Source of the DNA: Octopus vulgaris
Taxonomy: Eukaryota
Direction: 5' to 3'
Assembly (NCBI GenBank): GCA_951406725.2
Contig: OX597821.1
Span: forward strand, 17,236,001 to 17,300,000
Length of the DNA: 64,000 bases
Under the pieces are notes generated by a model, which worked only from the letters and a program-made list of their open reading frames with translations, ran no database searches and had not been told where the DNA came from. Position numbers and translations under genes: made by a program. Shown one piece after another: positions 39,036 through 53,342 of this stretch (position 1 is its first letter; each line of letters starts with the position of its first letter).

Positions 39036-39249
39036 TATATTTTTACCAACTCACCTAATGAAGATTTGAAACTGGAATTTGTGGTCCAGTGACTGAAAAT
39101 CACTTCATTCTTATATACCTCATGGACCTCCTAGTTACGTTTCACCTTTACATGTGGACCTCATAAATACGTGGTTATACTAAATGCCTGTTAATTAAAA
39201 GACATACATATCCGCTCAATTTAATTCAACCTCATTTAAAATTAACCGA

Positions 39250-40180
39250 AGCCGATTTCTCTGATAATATTGAGTTAATTTCCTTTTCGTCTACATAAGG
39301 AAGTCAAAATATAATCAATGTAGATTTCGATAATAACAATAATCAATGTCCACAGATTCGATTTTTCCTTTCTTTTTATTTTTTACTTTTTCCTCTTTCC
39401 TTGAACAATCTCGTATTTCTGTAAGTACAGTTCTTTCGCTAAATTTACGTTTCATTTATTTATCAATTTTCTCCTTGACAAACAAAATCTTTCATTCGTC
39501 CTTTGATTCGTTCATTGACTATATTCAAATATTCATTAGTTTATTCTGACGAAAGTTTTAGTTGATGAATGGAAGCCCTTGCCATCATCTTGGTGCATTC
39601 GTCATAGCCGTTTAGCCACAGGTCAGTCACCAGTTAAAGAAATGGTCTGTTCTTTGTTTCACCATCATTAAAAATCGAAATTACGTTCCTTACTGTTTGT
39701 AGTAAGAAGTACAAATTGACATCATTATAAGCTGATTTCTGTAGCAGAACTATCAAGCTGCTCGATCGAATATATTCTTGCTGTGTCCATTCACGTTTCT
39801 CACAAACATTATACTATGTGTCCTTCTTCTTCTTTGATGAAGGTAGGAGGAGATATCGAGCTCGTAGACCAATTACAAAACGGTTCCTTTATTTTATTTG
39901 CAAAATTGTGAGATCGCATCATTTTACGAGTGCCCTGAGTGAAGGACGTGTATCTTCTCTTCATTCAGCTACGCTGAAAATTAAATTTATTTTACGCACT
40001 GACTGGGGTAAGAAGCAAACTAATTTCTGTGATAGGCATTACAGGTTACTAACTTTAGAGGAATTCCCTTTGTCACCAACTTTCAAAACAGACTTCGAGT
40101 ACCACTCCTTCCCACAAAACGTTTTACCTGCTAACGTTAAACGTATATCCAGCCTGACGACTGGCTGCATCTGAGCCACT
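39250..40180 (-). pseudogene. Possible decayed Gypsy gag/protease remnant
   Basis: Minus strand FNFQRS*...HNFANKIRNRFVIGL resembles the gag IRDRFVxGL motif; very degraded. Confidence 0.3.
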
Positions 40181-40892
40181 TACTCGACGCTTATATCCAC
40201 TCTTGAATAACTTATAATAGAAATTATAAGATTATGCATATTATACATTTGAAGATGCGTGGTCTATAAGTTAGAGTGTTAGGCTCACGATTATAAGATA
40301 ATGGATTCGATTCCTGAATCATACAGTGCGTTCTATACTCAGCTGTCACATTCTTTATGCTGCGCTGAAAAAAATACTGGTATTGTCAAGATTGTGTCAA
40401 GATAAGCGCCTAAAAAATTGGCAAAAGCATGGTACATGCTACCCCGACGTATTTAATGCGTTGCCCCAGTGAAATCGCTGTCCGATGTCAAAAGTATTTA
40501 AAAGCATGATCTTAGAAAGTATACAAGCGTTTAAGAGATTTGAAATGTAAGTTAAACGTGCTTATAACAACATTGAGAAATTTCTAACAGTTTACATACG
40601 TCATAGAAATATTTAACTTTAATTAAAACTTGATTATGCATTTAGCATTTAGTGAAATTTGTGTCGTTCGTTAGTAATTAAGGTATTTTAACGAAATGCT
40701 AGCATATTCAATCAAGTAGGATTTTTAAAAATCTAAGTAGAAATGATAGTAGAGTAAGGAATAAATAATAATAATATTGATTCAGTAATGATATTAATGA
40801 TAATATTAAAATGCTAATGATTATCCGCATCAACTTTACAGATTAAAATGTTTTATTTACATCTAATTTGCGTTTCGATCTGGTTGATCCTC

Positions 40893-40990
40893 AATCATAG
40901 ATCAAACAATCCGAGATCAAAAGATCGAAGATCAAACTATCGGAGATTAGAAGTTCGAAGATCAAACGGTCGTAGATCAAACCGATCGAA
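40893..40990. repeat. 15-bp minisatellite, about 6 units (consensus near gatcgaagatcaaac)
   Basis: agatcaaa-like core recurring every 15 bp. Confidence 0.8.
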
Positions 40991-41099
40991 ATGTGTTGTA
41001 GATGGAAATATTAAAACATTTGTCGACTGTAAAGATGCGATCAATAATCTGTAAAATTATACTGTTAACAATTGCTGATCTAGAGGTTTAGATATTTAA

Positions 41100-41735
41100 T
41101 TGACTAATGTCATTTCAAGTATTTAGACAAATACGGGAGACAACTCTGAACAGGTTTCCATAACATCAGCTCATCAGCAAAACAAAGACTTCTTCGTACT
41201 TGTCAATATTGTGATTGTAAACTCATTAAATAGGAACGCTCCCTTTCAACCATTATCTAGATCTAAAACAGACTTATGCACAGATGGGCGTCCAATACGC
41301 TCAGCATCTTCAAGGTTCAGGTCTCAATCAAAGCTGGCTGTAATTGTAGAGAACCGGGATTGTCTGCTCCAGCAGCAATGTTTAACAAGGTCAATAGTAT
41401 ATGGAGCAGAGGTCTGTACAACATCTAATGATAAGGATAAGAAAGCATATATTGGCTTTCTATATAAAAATCATACTGCGACGTTTCGTCATAAGGATAA
41501 GCTGAAATACATTAAACTAAACAGAGAAACCTTACAGAGAGAAGCATTCCATTTACAGATAAATGGAGAATTTTAAGATCTAAATCCTATATAAATGAGT
41601 CAGTCAAATGTAATCCCTGCCTGACCGAAAAATTGATAATTATATTTAATTCAAGGTTTGCGGATACGGCATTAAACTCCAGAGGGGAATTTTTTCGAGG
41701 TTGTGTCCATGCAGGAAAATATCATTTAAGAAATT
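41100..41735 (+). pseudogene. Decayed Penelope-like GIY-YIG endonuclease fragment (Naiad-like cysteine pattern)
   Basis: CNCRE...DCLLQQQCLTRSIVYGAEVCTT...KKAYIG...YKNHTATFRH, then KCNPCLTEKLII. Confidence 0.7.
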
Positions 41736-42056
41736 GGAAGATTCCACCAATCCCCGATTAACTGAATTAACTAACCCTAATATACAAGACCAAATAACGC
41801 GGTTCCTTTTTCCACTATGACCGAAATTTGGTACCTGAAGTTGTATCCGTTCATATGTGTATATATATTCTTTTCATTCATAATCTAACCCTTTCCAATT
41901 ATCTATCATAATTTCTAAAATTTTACAAATTATATCCTATGCATAGTTAATGTATATATTTATAAATAATTTCGTGTATATACACGTATAGGTCTTGTCA
42001 CCACGAAATATATTTAATTTCATATATATCTGTAATATTGAACCTAACATACTTCA

Positions 42057-42116
<60 letters not shown>

Positions 42117-42807
42117 TATGCCTATTCTAATTTAAATTTAAAAAGAAAACTATGTTGCGGTTGTCTTGACAATAACTTGGCTTGGTCACCTCTAGTCTGT
42201 AGTGTAAATATTAAAGAGAAAAGTGTTAAAATGTTATCTGACGGGAGTATATTATCAAACTACATTTCCCTATTATTAGCCTTCAATCGCCTAATTATAT
42301 ACGCTGTCGCAGAGTTAAGTCGTAACTGAATGAGTTAATTAGAGTTATGTGTTTTGAAAGATCGTAAAATTCACGACTGAGTTTAGAGTTTAGGAAAAAA
42401 AGAATTCCAGTTCTCTTGAGGAAATATTCCTTATCTGTTCACAATAAATATATGAATGGAATAGCAGTTTAGAATAAATGATCGTTCAACAGAGCTCTAA
42501 TGAAATCAAAGTAATAAATTCAGGAGCAAGTGCTATACTTTAGATAGTTATGTCAGGGGAAATGTTGATTAAAAAAGATTTAATGTTATATTCACTCGCT
42601 TGAATATCTGAATTTGTAATATGTCTGAACGTAATATATCTTGAAAGGGAGATGATTTTTCAAATTATTAGACTAATGTAAAAAGAATGTAATCATCTGA
42701 CTCGTATATTATCTGTTTGTATGTGGCGAGGAGGACGAGGTGAACGAGTATGAAGAGATATGATATCAAGCATTGCTACTGTAATTCAATTAGAGGAAAT
42801 ACAAGCA

Positions 42808-42953
42808 AAGACGTGACTGTAAGGTTAAAAAGTTTGCATTATAAGTATGTAATTCTGCGTTCGATCCTACTTCACGCCATCTACGGCAAGTAGCTTCTAC
42901 GGTAGGTTCAGGGTGACTAACAACTAGTAAATGGAATTTGATAAGAAGCCTGT

Positions 42954-42955
<2 letters not shown>
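42808..42955 (+). mobile_element. Degraded SINE family B 5' half ending in TA/TG microsatellite
   Basis: gacgtgactgtaaggttaaaaagtttgc...gttcgatcc...ggcaagtagcttctac...aagaagcctgttatatat. Confidence 0.55.
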
Positions 42956-43007
<52 letters not shown>

Positions 43008-43014
43008 TGTGTGT

Positions 43015-43952
43015 ATTGAGGGCTTCGAATGTCCCGTCCGTGTTTTTTGTATCGTCTTCTATAGTATTTTGCGTTCTTGTCCCAGTTTGTATTTTTCTAC
43101 ATATAATAATAATATATTTGGCGGCGTCCGTACCCCCTTGACACTTATGTGAGCACATATTCCTGTAAATTTGGTACGACTCTATACTCTCTCTCTCTAT
43201 CTCTACTTCTCCCCCTTTTCTCTTTTCTTGCCTCTGATTCTTTGGTCTACTCTTCCCTCACTCTTACATTTCTCTGTCTTTCTTACTTTGCACTCACAAG
43301 TCATTCTTTGACACCCACTCCTTCTCCCCTCTCTAATTCCTTCTTTCTCTCTCTTCTCTCCCCTTTGTCGCCTTCGTCCCTCTTTTTTCTCTCTCTCTCT
43401 CTTTGTTTCCTTTGCCCCCTTTCTTTTCTCTTTCTTCTGTCACGTGACCGCTGGTCAAAATCAGCCTTTTGGCCTTCGACCACCGCCGTGAGAACATCTG
43501 TTGTCTTCGTCTGCCGATAAAGGCTTTTTTCCCAAAATACGCCAGCTAAACTTGTACTGTTATTACTCGTAAGACACCTGTTGTTTTCGTCCTGTTTTTA
43601 CCATTATTGTTTTTTGTATTTCATTTTTGTTTTTTGTATTTCATTATTGTTTTTTGTATTTTATATTCGTCTGGCCTCGTCCGTTTTTCTGTCCCTATTT
43701 CGTATACATTCGATCCTTCTTCCAAGAAATCTAAGGCTCGTAGCTTAGTTTTTCTAATGCTCGTAGCTTAGTTTTTCCTGGGGGCTGGCCGGATCGGAGC
43801 GATCTCAAGATTAATCAGCCGAAATTGCTATGATGATCCGGTTCTTGACTGAAGATTGAGGACTTCGAATGTCCCGTCCGTGTTTTTTGTATCGTCTTCT
43901 AAATGTTTTGCGTTCTTGTCCCAGTTTGTATTTTTCTACATATAATAATAAT
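43015..43952 (+). mobile_element. Non-coding element with ~98-bp direct terminal repeats (pseudo-LTR / partial tandem), inserted in a microsatellite
   Basis: 43015-43113 is nearly identical to 43855-43952; no TG..CA ends, PBS or ORF; (TG)n on the left and (TA)n on the right. Confidence 0.8.
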
Positions 43953-43969
43953 AATAATATATATATATA

Positions 43970-44317
43970 TGTAAGGTGCTAACAAAAACATCATTAACTC
44001 TATGCTCTGTACTTTCTATGTCTCACGCATTCACCTTTATTGTATCTGTCACACACACGAACACACAGACACAAACACGTGTTGCACGCAAACATACACA
44101 ACGCTTGCTAGCACTCACAACCTTCTAACATTAACACCATTGTAAATAAAATCTTATCTTCTCCCAAAAACAGTGGAACGGCTTGTCGTCAATTCATCTA
44201 TATTCTGTTGGCACTGCATTGTATAAATTGTATTTATGGCTTATCTTATTTCGTTAGGAATGCGACCGTGTGACTTACCTACGTCACCAACCTCCACATA
44301 CGGTCGTATTTCCTACA
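43970..44317 (+). mobile_element. Probable solo LTR
   Basis: TGTA...TACA termini, internal AATAAA, and 3' hairpin taggaatgcgaccgtgtg / cacatacggtcgtatttccta. No clean TSD. Confidence 0.45.
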
Positions 44318-44373
44318 ATACTATGAGAGAAACTCTCACATTGGCTTTTGGTGTAAAATGTACTCTTGTTTAT

Positions 44374-44500
44374 ATATCGCTAGCGGGGAGATAAATCCGC
44401 GGTACCCCCAGCCCCGAGATCACCAGATTGCGTGATTTCTTGTCAATAATAGTCATTCGACAACTAGAGGCAGCATTGAGTCTTCTCCCGCTAGCGATAT
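44374..44500. mobile_element. 127-bp MITE
   Basis: Perfect 14-bp TIR atatcgctagcggg / cccgctagcgatat. Confidence 0.7.
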
Positions 44501-44648
44501 GTAGTGAATATGTGTGTATGTAAACAAATACATAAACCGTTTCATGATTAAAAGAACTTTATTTACAGGGTTATACGTACACTACACACAAATGTAAGCA
44601 AATGCTACGAATTGCTTGTATAGAGCACATATTAGAAATGAATATGTT

Positions 44649-44686
<38 letters not shown>

Positions 44687-46504
44687 TGTGTGTCTCTGTG
44701 TGTGTGTGTGTGTGTGTGTGTCTGTGTGTGTGTGTATGTGCGTGTGTGCGTGTTTCATTCGAAACAGTAGTCGATAAACACTGTCTGTCGTCTGCCATAA
44801 ACTTGGGGCGTAGATAGATCTATCTCATCTGTCTGCTCGTCTCCGCTGCGATTGTCCCTTCTCTGTTTTCCCCCTTGTATTTATAATATTTGTGACAGCT
44901 AGAAAAACAGACATATCGCAACAGAAACAGTGCTTATTTAGGTCACCACTTGTCCAGTTGAACTTAGCCTGACATGGCTGAGGTCGCAGGTCAAAGGGAG
45001 ATGATCAATCACTTTTTGACAGAACAAAGGGATTCTTACTTTCGCGCCTTTGATTGCATTGGCTTGAGCGACCGTGGATTCTTGGATTCGATTTCGAATC
45101 TAAGCTTAGAGAAGGAAGTGCTAATTCTTACAGATATATAGTCTAGACTGACTGCGCCAGAAAAGGCGCTGGTGTCGTAATTAGTCAGTTAGAGTGTTAA
45201 AAATTATTTATTTGCGACAGAGAGATAAAGTCTATCCTCACTTAAACGTGGATGTTCTATTTAATTCGTCACCTCGGCCATTACCTTGGCTTCCTATGTG
45301 TTGTTATGTCAAGGATGGGATATATACTAGGAATGTATAGTATATCTACTAAAGTGCATTCAGTGCAAGGATATTTATAGCTCGCTCGTGTATGCAGTCT
45401 GCTCTCTCTATGCCACTGATGTCGTTGAAAGGAAAGCATATAGTACTTTCGTCGTTGCATGTTTTGCCGTTAGAACAAAAGAGCCAAATAAGAAACCGCA
45501 ATGAATCCCCCTCTGTGTACTAACAGATTTGCCCTTCTTCCACCACCTGAGACTAATACGTTATTTATCGGCCCTGAAAGAAATGGGTGAAGCGTGAAGT
45601 TGACCTCCACGAGATTTCCACTCAGACCAAAGGGAGCTAGAACAAATAGAGCAAGGCTTTCTATCTGACACTCTAAAGGCTCTGCCAATTTACCGCCTTA
45701 TATGTGACATATCACAGTATCGGCTAGATTATGAGATATGGTTATACACCGCTTGTCACAATGTACTTCAGTGCATAGCTGTAACCTTGAAATGATACCA
45801 GCCTACAGGGGAGGCGAGCTGGCTAAATTTCCCTCGATGGATTCCGTCACAGGGTTAGCTACAGCAACGTGAAATATTTCCCACAAAACACAACGCACCA
45901 CCGGTCTGAGATATGAAACATTGTGCAACAGCCTAATCTCTCTGTAGCACACCTTCACATACGTCACATATAAGGGCCATGAATAGCACAAGGAGGTACA
46001 ACGAACAAGTATTGCACCTTCGTTCCTTCTTTCCCAATGTCACGAAGATAACTGATGATCGCACATAGAATTGCAAATTCAGTTCACGAAATTATACAAG
46101 TACCTTACGCAAGGATCTCAAGTGCAACCAGGTTTCGAAATTGATATATTTATTAACAAGAGTTCCAATATCAGAGCGTATGCTGGTTGTTGCAAAACTC
46201 GGTGTAAATTTCAGCCTTATAGAATACAGTCTTACCATTACAAAATTACAAAATGCCCAAAGATGTAAGAATTCATCACAAGAAAATTGCATCGAATAAT
46301 ACAAAAATTTGTGAATTAACAAATTTCAAAGGTTTGGTGACGGAGAAGGTAGTCAGAAAAGTAATTGATTTGATTTGCATTTGATTAATAGTTGCAGCTA
46401 ACAGCTAAAAACAACTGTGATAAGTATTATATGTACTTACTTTACCAATGTGTATTACGATCAAGCGGAAATTAATTCAGATAAGGAAGCAAAACCTAAG
46501 AAAC

Positions 46505-47745
<1,241 letters not shown>

Positions 47746-48054
47746 TGTCAAATGATATTGTTATTCTTGATGGTGATTGTGATGATGGTTGTGGCGGTGC
47801 GGTGGGGGTGATATTGGCGGTAGTCATAACATTTCTGTTCTTTTGTTTTCTCTTTTTCTTTAAGTCAGTTTTACTTTTGTTGATGCTTTTCGCGATATTT
47901 CTTTAAATTATAGCAACATAAAAACGAAGAGAATTCATAATGCTTATTACCATAAGACCTTGGAGCAGTCATACTAATGGTAATGGTCCCTATTATTATA
48001 AATGTGATAGTTGATGTGTTGATGTTAGTAATAACAATACTAATGTAATAACAG

Positions 48055-48090
<36 letters not shown>

Positions 48091-48478
48091 GAACGAGGAG
48101 GAGGAGAAGAAGAAGAAGAAGAAGAAGAAGAAGAAGAAGAAGAAGAAGAAGAAGAAAAGAAGAAAGGAAAAGACGAAAAGAAGAAGAAGAAGAAGAAGAA
48201 GAAGAAGAAGAGGAAGAAAAGAAGAAGAAAGAAGAAAAAGAAGAAGAAGAAGAAGAAGAAGAAGAAGAAGAAGAAGAAAGAAGAAGAAGAAGAAGAAGAA
48301 GAAGAAGAAGAAGAAGAAGAAGAAGAAGAAGAAGAAGAAGAAGAAGAAGAAAAAGAAGAGAAAGAAGAAAGAGAAGAAGAAGCAAAGGAAGAAGAAAGAT
48401 GAAGAAGAAAAAGTTGATGATGAAGATGACGATGACAACGATGATGCTGATGATGATGATGATGACGACGACGAAGAC

Positions 48479-48520
<42 letters not shown>

Positions 48521-48780
48521 GATGGAGAAGGAAGAGCAAAAAAGAATGTTGGGCTTGTGGTTGTGATGCTCGAGTTAGTGTTGCTGTTATCGTGTTGTTG
48601 TTGGTAGTGGTAGTGGTAGTGGTGCTGGTGGTGCTGGTGGTGGTAGTGGTGCTGGTGCTGATGCTGGTCGTGAGCATAATGACGACGATGATAAAGATGA
48701 CGATGTTGAGGTCGATGACAACGATGACAGCCATAACAACGATAACGACGAGAGCGATGATGATGATGGTGATTATGACG
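48055..48780. repeat. Compound trinucleotide tract (GAT)n-(GAA)n-(GAT/GAC)n-(GGT/GCT)n
   Basis: Direct reading; source of the poly-M/R/E/S/F ORFs. Confidence 0.95.
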
Positions 48781-49090
48781 ACAAAAAGGGGAGGGTTGAA
48801 GAAAAGTAAACGTTGGATGTTGTTGCTGTTGTTTCCTACCTTTATTCTACAACAAGTATAACAAAAATATCCAGACACACTAAATGCAATCCGGTTTGTG
48901 TTCCGTGCAATGCTATAAAGATCTGAACAAACAAACATAAGGAAAAGGAAAACGCGATCAACGTTTTAAGCACAGGCTCTTTATCAAGAGAGAAATTATG
49001 TAAAGAAACTATTCATTTTTTTCTTCTCCATGTATGATGGTATTGATATATAAAGAAAGTAAGTAGGTAGGTTTGTAAGTAGATCAGTCA

Positions 49091-52000
49091 GTAGGACGGT
49101 AGGACGGTAGGACGACAGGACGACAGGACAACAGGACAACATGACGGCAGAGCAGGAGGACGATAGGATGGCAGAACGACAGCACGACATGACTGCAGAA
49201 CAGTAGGACGATAGGACGACAAGACGGCAGGAAGACAGGACAGCAAGGACGACAGGACGGCAGGACGACAGGATGGCAGGACGACAGGGCGGCAGGACGA
49301 CAGCACGACATGAATGTAGAACAGTAGGACGATAGGATGGTAGGACGACAAGACGGCAGGAAGACAGGACAGCAAGGACGACAGGACGGCAGGACGACAG
49401 GATGGCAGGACGACAGGGCGGCAGGACGACAGCACGACATGACTGCAGAACAGTAGGACGATAGGACGACAAGACGGCAGGAAGACAGGACAGCAAGGAC
49501 GACAGGACGGCAGGACGACAGGATGGCAGGACGACAGGACGGCAGGACGACAGCACGACATGACTGCAGAACAGTAGGACGATAGGACGACAAGACGGCA
49601 GGAAGACAGGACAGCAAGGACGACAGGACGACAGGACGACAGGACGGCAGGACGACAGGGCGGCAGGACGACAGCACGACATGAATGTAGAACAGTAGGA
49701 CGATAGGATGGTAGGACGACAAGACGGCAGGAAGACAGGACAGCAAGGACGACAGGACGGCAGGACGACAAGATGGCAGGACGACAGGGCGGCAGGACGA
49801 CAGCACGACATGACTGCAGAACAGTAGGACGATAGGACGACAAGACGGCAGGAAGACAGGACAGCAAGGACGACAGGACGGCAGGACGACAGGATGGCAG
49901 GACGACAGGACGGCAGGACGACAGCACGACATGACTGCAGAACAGTAGGACGATAGGACGACAAGACGGCAGGAAGACAGGACAGCAAGGACGACAGGAC
50001 GACAGGACGACAGGACGGCAGGACGACAGGACGGCAGGACGACAGCACGACATGACTGCAGAACAGTAGGACGATAGGACGACAAGACGGCAGGAAGACA
50101 GGACAGCAAGGACGACAGGACGGCAGGACGACAGGATGGCAGGACGACAGGACGGCAGGACGACAGCACGACATGACTGCAGAACAGTAGGACGATAGGA
50201 CGGTAGGACGACAGGACGGCAGGAAGACAGGACAGCAAGGACGAGAGGACGGCAGAACGACAGCACGACATGACTACAGAACAATAGGACGATAGGACGG
50301 TAGGACGACAGGACGGCAGGAAGACAGGACAGCAAGGACGACAGGACGGCAGGACGACAGGATGGCAGGACGACAGGACGGCAGGACGACAGGACGGCAG
50401 GACGACAGCACGTCAGGACGATAGGACGGTAGGACGATAGGACGGTAGGACGATAGGACGGTAGGACGACAGGACGGCAGGAAGACAGAACAGCAAGGAC
50501 GAGAGGACGGCAGAACGACAGGACGGCAGGACGACAGCACGACATGACTGCAGAACAGAAGGGCGATAGGACGGTAGGACGACAAGACGGCAGGAAGACA
50601 GGACAGCAAGGACGACAGGACGGCAGGACGACAGGATGGCAGGACGACAGGACGGCAGGACGACAGCACGACATGACTGCAGAACAGTAGGACGATAGGA
50701 CGGTAGGACGACAGGACGGCAGGAAGACAGGACAGCAAGGACGACAGGACGGCAGGACGACAGGATGGCAGGACGACAGGACGGCAGGACGACAGCACGA
50801 CATGACTGCAGAACAGTAGGACGATAGGACGGTAGGACGACAAGACGGCAGGAAGACAGGACAGCAAGGACGACAGGACGGCAGGACGACAGGATGGCAG
50901 GACGACAGGACGGCAGGACGACAGCACGACATGACTGCAGGACAGCAAGGACGACAGGACGGCAGGACGACAGGATGGCAGGACGACAGGACGGTAGGAC
51001 GACAGCACGACATGACTGCAGAACAGTAGGACGATACGACGGTAGGACGACAGGACGGCAGGAAGACAGGACAGCAAGGACGACAGGACGGCAGGACGAC
51101 TGGATGGCAGGACGACAGGACGGTAGGACGACAGCACGACATGACTGCAGAACAGTAGGACGATAGGACGGTAGGACGATAGAACGGTAGGACGACAGGA
51201 CGGCAGGAAGACAGAACAGCAAGGACGAGAGGAGGGCAGAACGACAGGACGGCAGGACGACAGGACGGTAGGACGACAGCACGACATGACTGCAGAACAG
51301 AAGGGCGATAGGACGGTAGGACGACAAGACGGCAGGAAGACAGAACAGCAAGGACGACAGGACGGCAGGACGACAGGATGGCAGGACGACAGGACGGCAG
51401 GACGACAGCACGACATTGCTGCAGAACAGTAGGACGATAGGACGGTAGGACGACAAGACGGCAGGAAGACAGGACAGCAAGGACGAGAGGACGGAAGAAC
51501 GACAGGACGGCAGGACGACAGGACGGCAGGACGACAGGACGGCAGGACGACAGGACGGCAGGACGATAGGACGGTAGGACGATAGGACGGTAGGACGACA
51601 GGACGGCAGGAAGACAGAACAGCAAGGACGAGACAGGACAGCAAGGACGACAGGACGGCAGGAAGACAAAACAGCAAGGACGATAGGACGGTAGGACGAC
51701 AGGACGGCAGGAAGACAGGACAGCAAGGACGAGAGGACGGCAGAACGACAGGACGGCAGGACGACAGGACGGCAGGACGACAGGACGGCAGGCCGACAGG
51801 ACGGTAGGACGACAGGACAGCAAGGACGAGAGGACAGCAAGGACGAGAGGACGGCAGAACGACAGGACGGCAGGACGACAGGACGGCAGGACGACAGGAC
51901 GGCAGGACGACAGGACGGCAGGAAGACAGAACAGCAAGGACGAGAGGACGGCAGAACGACAGGACGGCAGGACGACAGGACGGTAGGACGACAGGACAGC

Positions 52001-52530
52001 AAGGACGAGAGGACAGCAAGGACGAGAGGACGGCAGAACGACAGGACGGCAGGACGACAGGACGGTAGGACGACAGGACGGCAGGACGACAGGACAGCAA
52101 GGACGAGAGGACGGCAGAACGACAGGACGGCAGAACGACAGGACGGCAGGACGACAGGACGGCAGGACGACAGGACGGTAGGACGACAGGACAGCAAGGA
52201 CGAGAGGACGGCAGAACGACAGGACGGCAGGACGACAGGACGGTAGGACGACAGGACGGTAGGACGACAGGACGACAGGACGGCAGGACGACAGGACAGC
52301 AAGGACGAGAGGACAGCAAGGACGAGAGGAGGGCAGAACGACAAGACGGCAGGAAGACAGGACAGCAAGGACGACAGGACGGCAGAACGACAGGACGGCA
52401 GGACGACAGCACGACATGACTGCAGAACAGTAGGACGATAGGACGGTAGGACGACAGGACGGCAGGACGACAGGACGGCAGGATGACAGGACGGCAGGAC
52501 GACTGGACTGCAAGAGGGCAGGACGGTAGT
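49091..52530. repeat. Satellite of 8-bp monomers (AGGACGAC/AGGACGGC variants) with 121/129-bp higher-order repeats
   Basis: Marker monomer atgactgc recurs at 49439, 49560, 49810, 49931, 50052 and 50173; one 9-bp monomer (aggacagca) per higher-order repeat. Confidence 0.97.
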
Positions 52531-53342
52531 ATGGCAGATCGGTAGGTTAGTCGGTAGGTCGGTAGATAGGTAACTTGTTGATTGGTGTATAGATTGGTAG
52601 GTAGGTAGGTAGGTAGCTGGAGAGGAATGTAAGTGGAATCATCGCAGATTAACCAAAAGAAATAGCAAGCAGTGTCAGGAGAATTGGTGTATACGTTGAG
52701 CCAGCGTGAGTATGCATATGCAGCGATCAATACATATGTATGCATGCTTGAACAAATGTGCTACGAAGTGTGGGTATGTGAATCAGTGTTCGCGAAGGGT
52801 AGTGAAAGAATATAGGTAGAAATTTTAAAAAATCCAAGGGTTTGTAACACCTAAGTGAGAACATGTGCCAAGCTGCAAATTAAGTTGCTGCTCTCGGTGA
52901 ATTCTTGTAGAAAGTGGGTCATCAATATTATATTGAAAACAAAACGTTGATAGAAAGGTAGTGGTGATTATGATGGCAGTAGTAGTGGCCCATGGAAATG
53001 CAATGGTGTGCCATAGGTTTGCAGATTTGATACCTTATGTAATATCTAATATTGTAAAATATACGAATAAAATGGTCCAAACTTCGGGAGACGGTTATAG
53101 AACCAAAGCGGTGGCGTTCGAAAATAAACTGCTTAACCTGCATGCACAGGTTAAAATGGAAAATTATTAGTAGGTAACTGCAGGCAGCTCCTTATAGGTA
53201 GCCTCCTCCTTCTAGGCACTCCTTATCGTTTTGATTGTGTATTCTTTTTGTTTCAAGCTCATCGTTCCCTGCCGACGTCCTACTTCAGTAAAAACAACTC
53301 ATTTTTAATTTAGCGTTATTCAGTTGGTATTGCCAACCGTTA

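Noticed and set aside
47871-48938. 355-aa His/Ser/Phe/Thr-rich ORF
   Set aside because: Translation of compound trinucleotide microsatellites.
49088-52513. 1141-aa minus-strand ORF and overlapping 392-823-aa ORFs rich in C/R/P/S/V/L
   Set aside because: All three minus frames stay open because the satellite lacks stop codons on that strand. Periods of 8, 121 and 129 bp mostly do not preserve frame, so the same peptide rotates through the frames.
49091-52530. CRISPR-like repeat-spacer array
   Set aside because: There are no unique spacers and no cas genes, and the context is eukaryotic; it is a pure tandem satellite.
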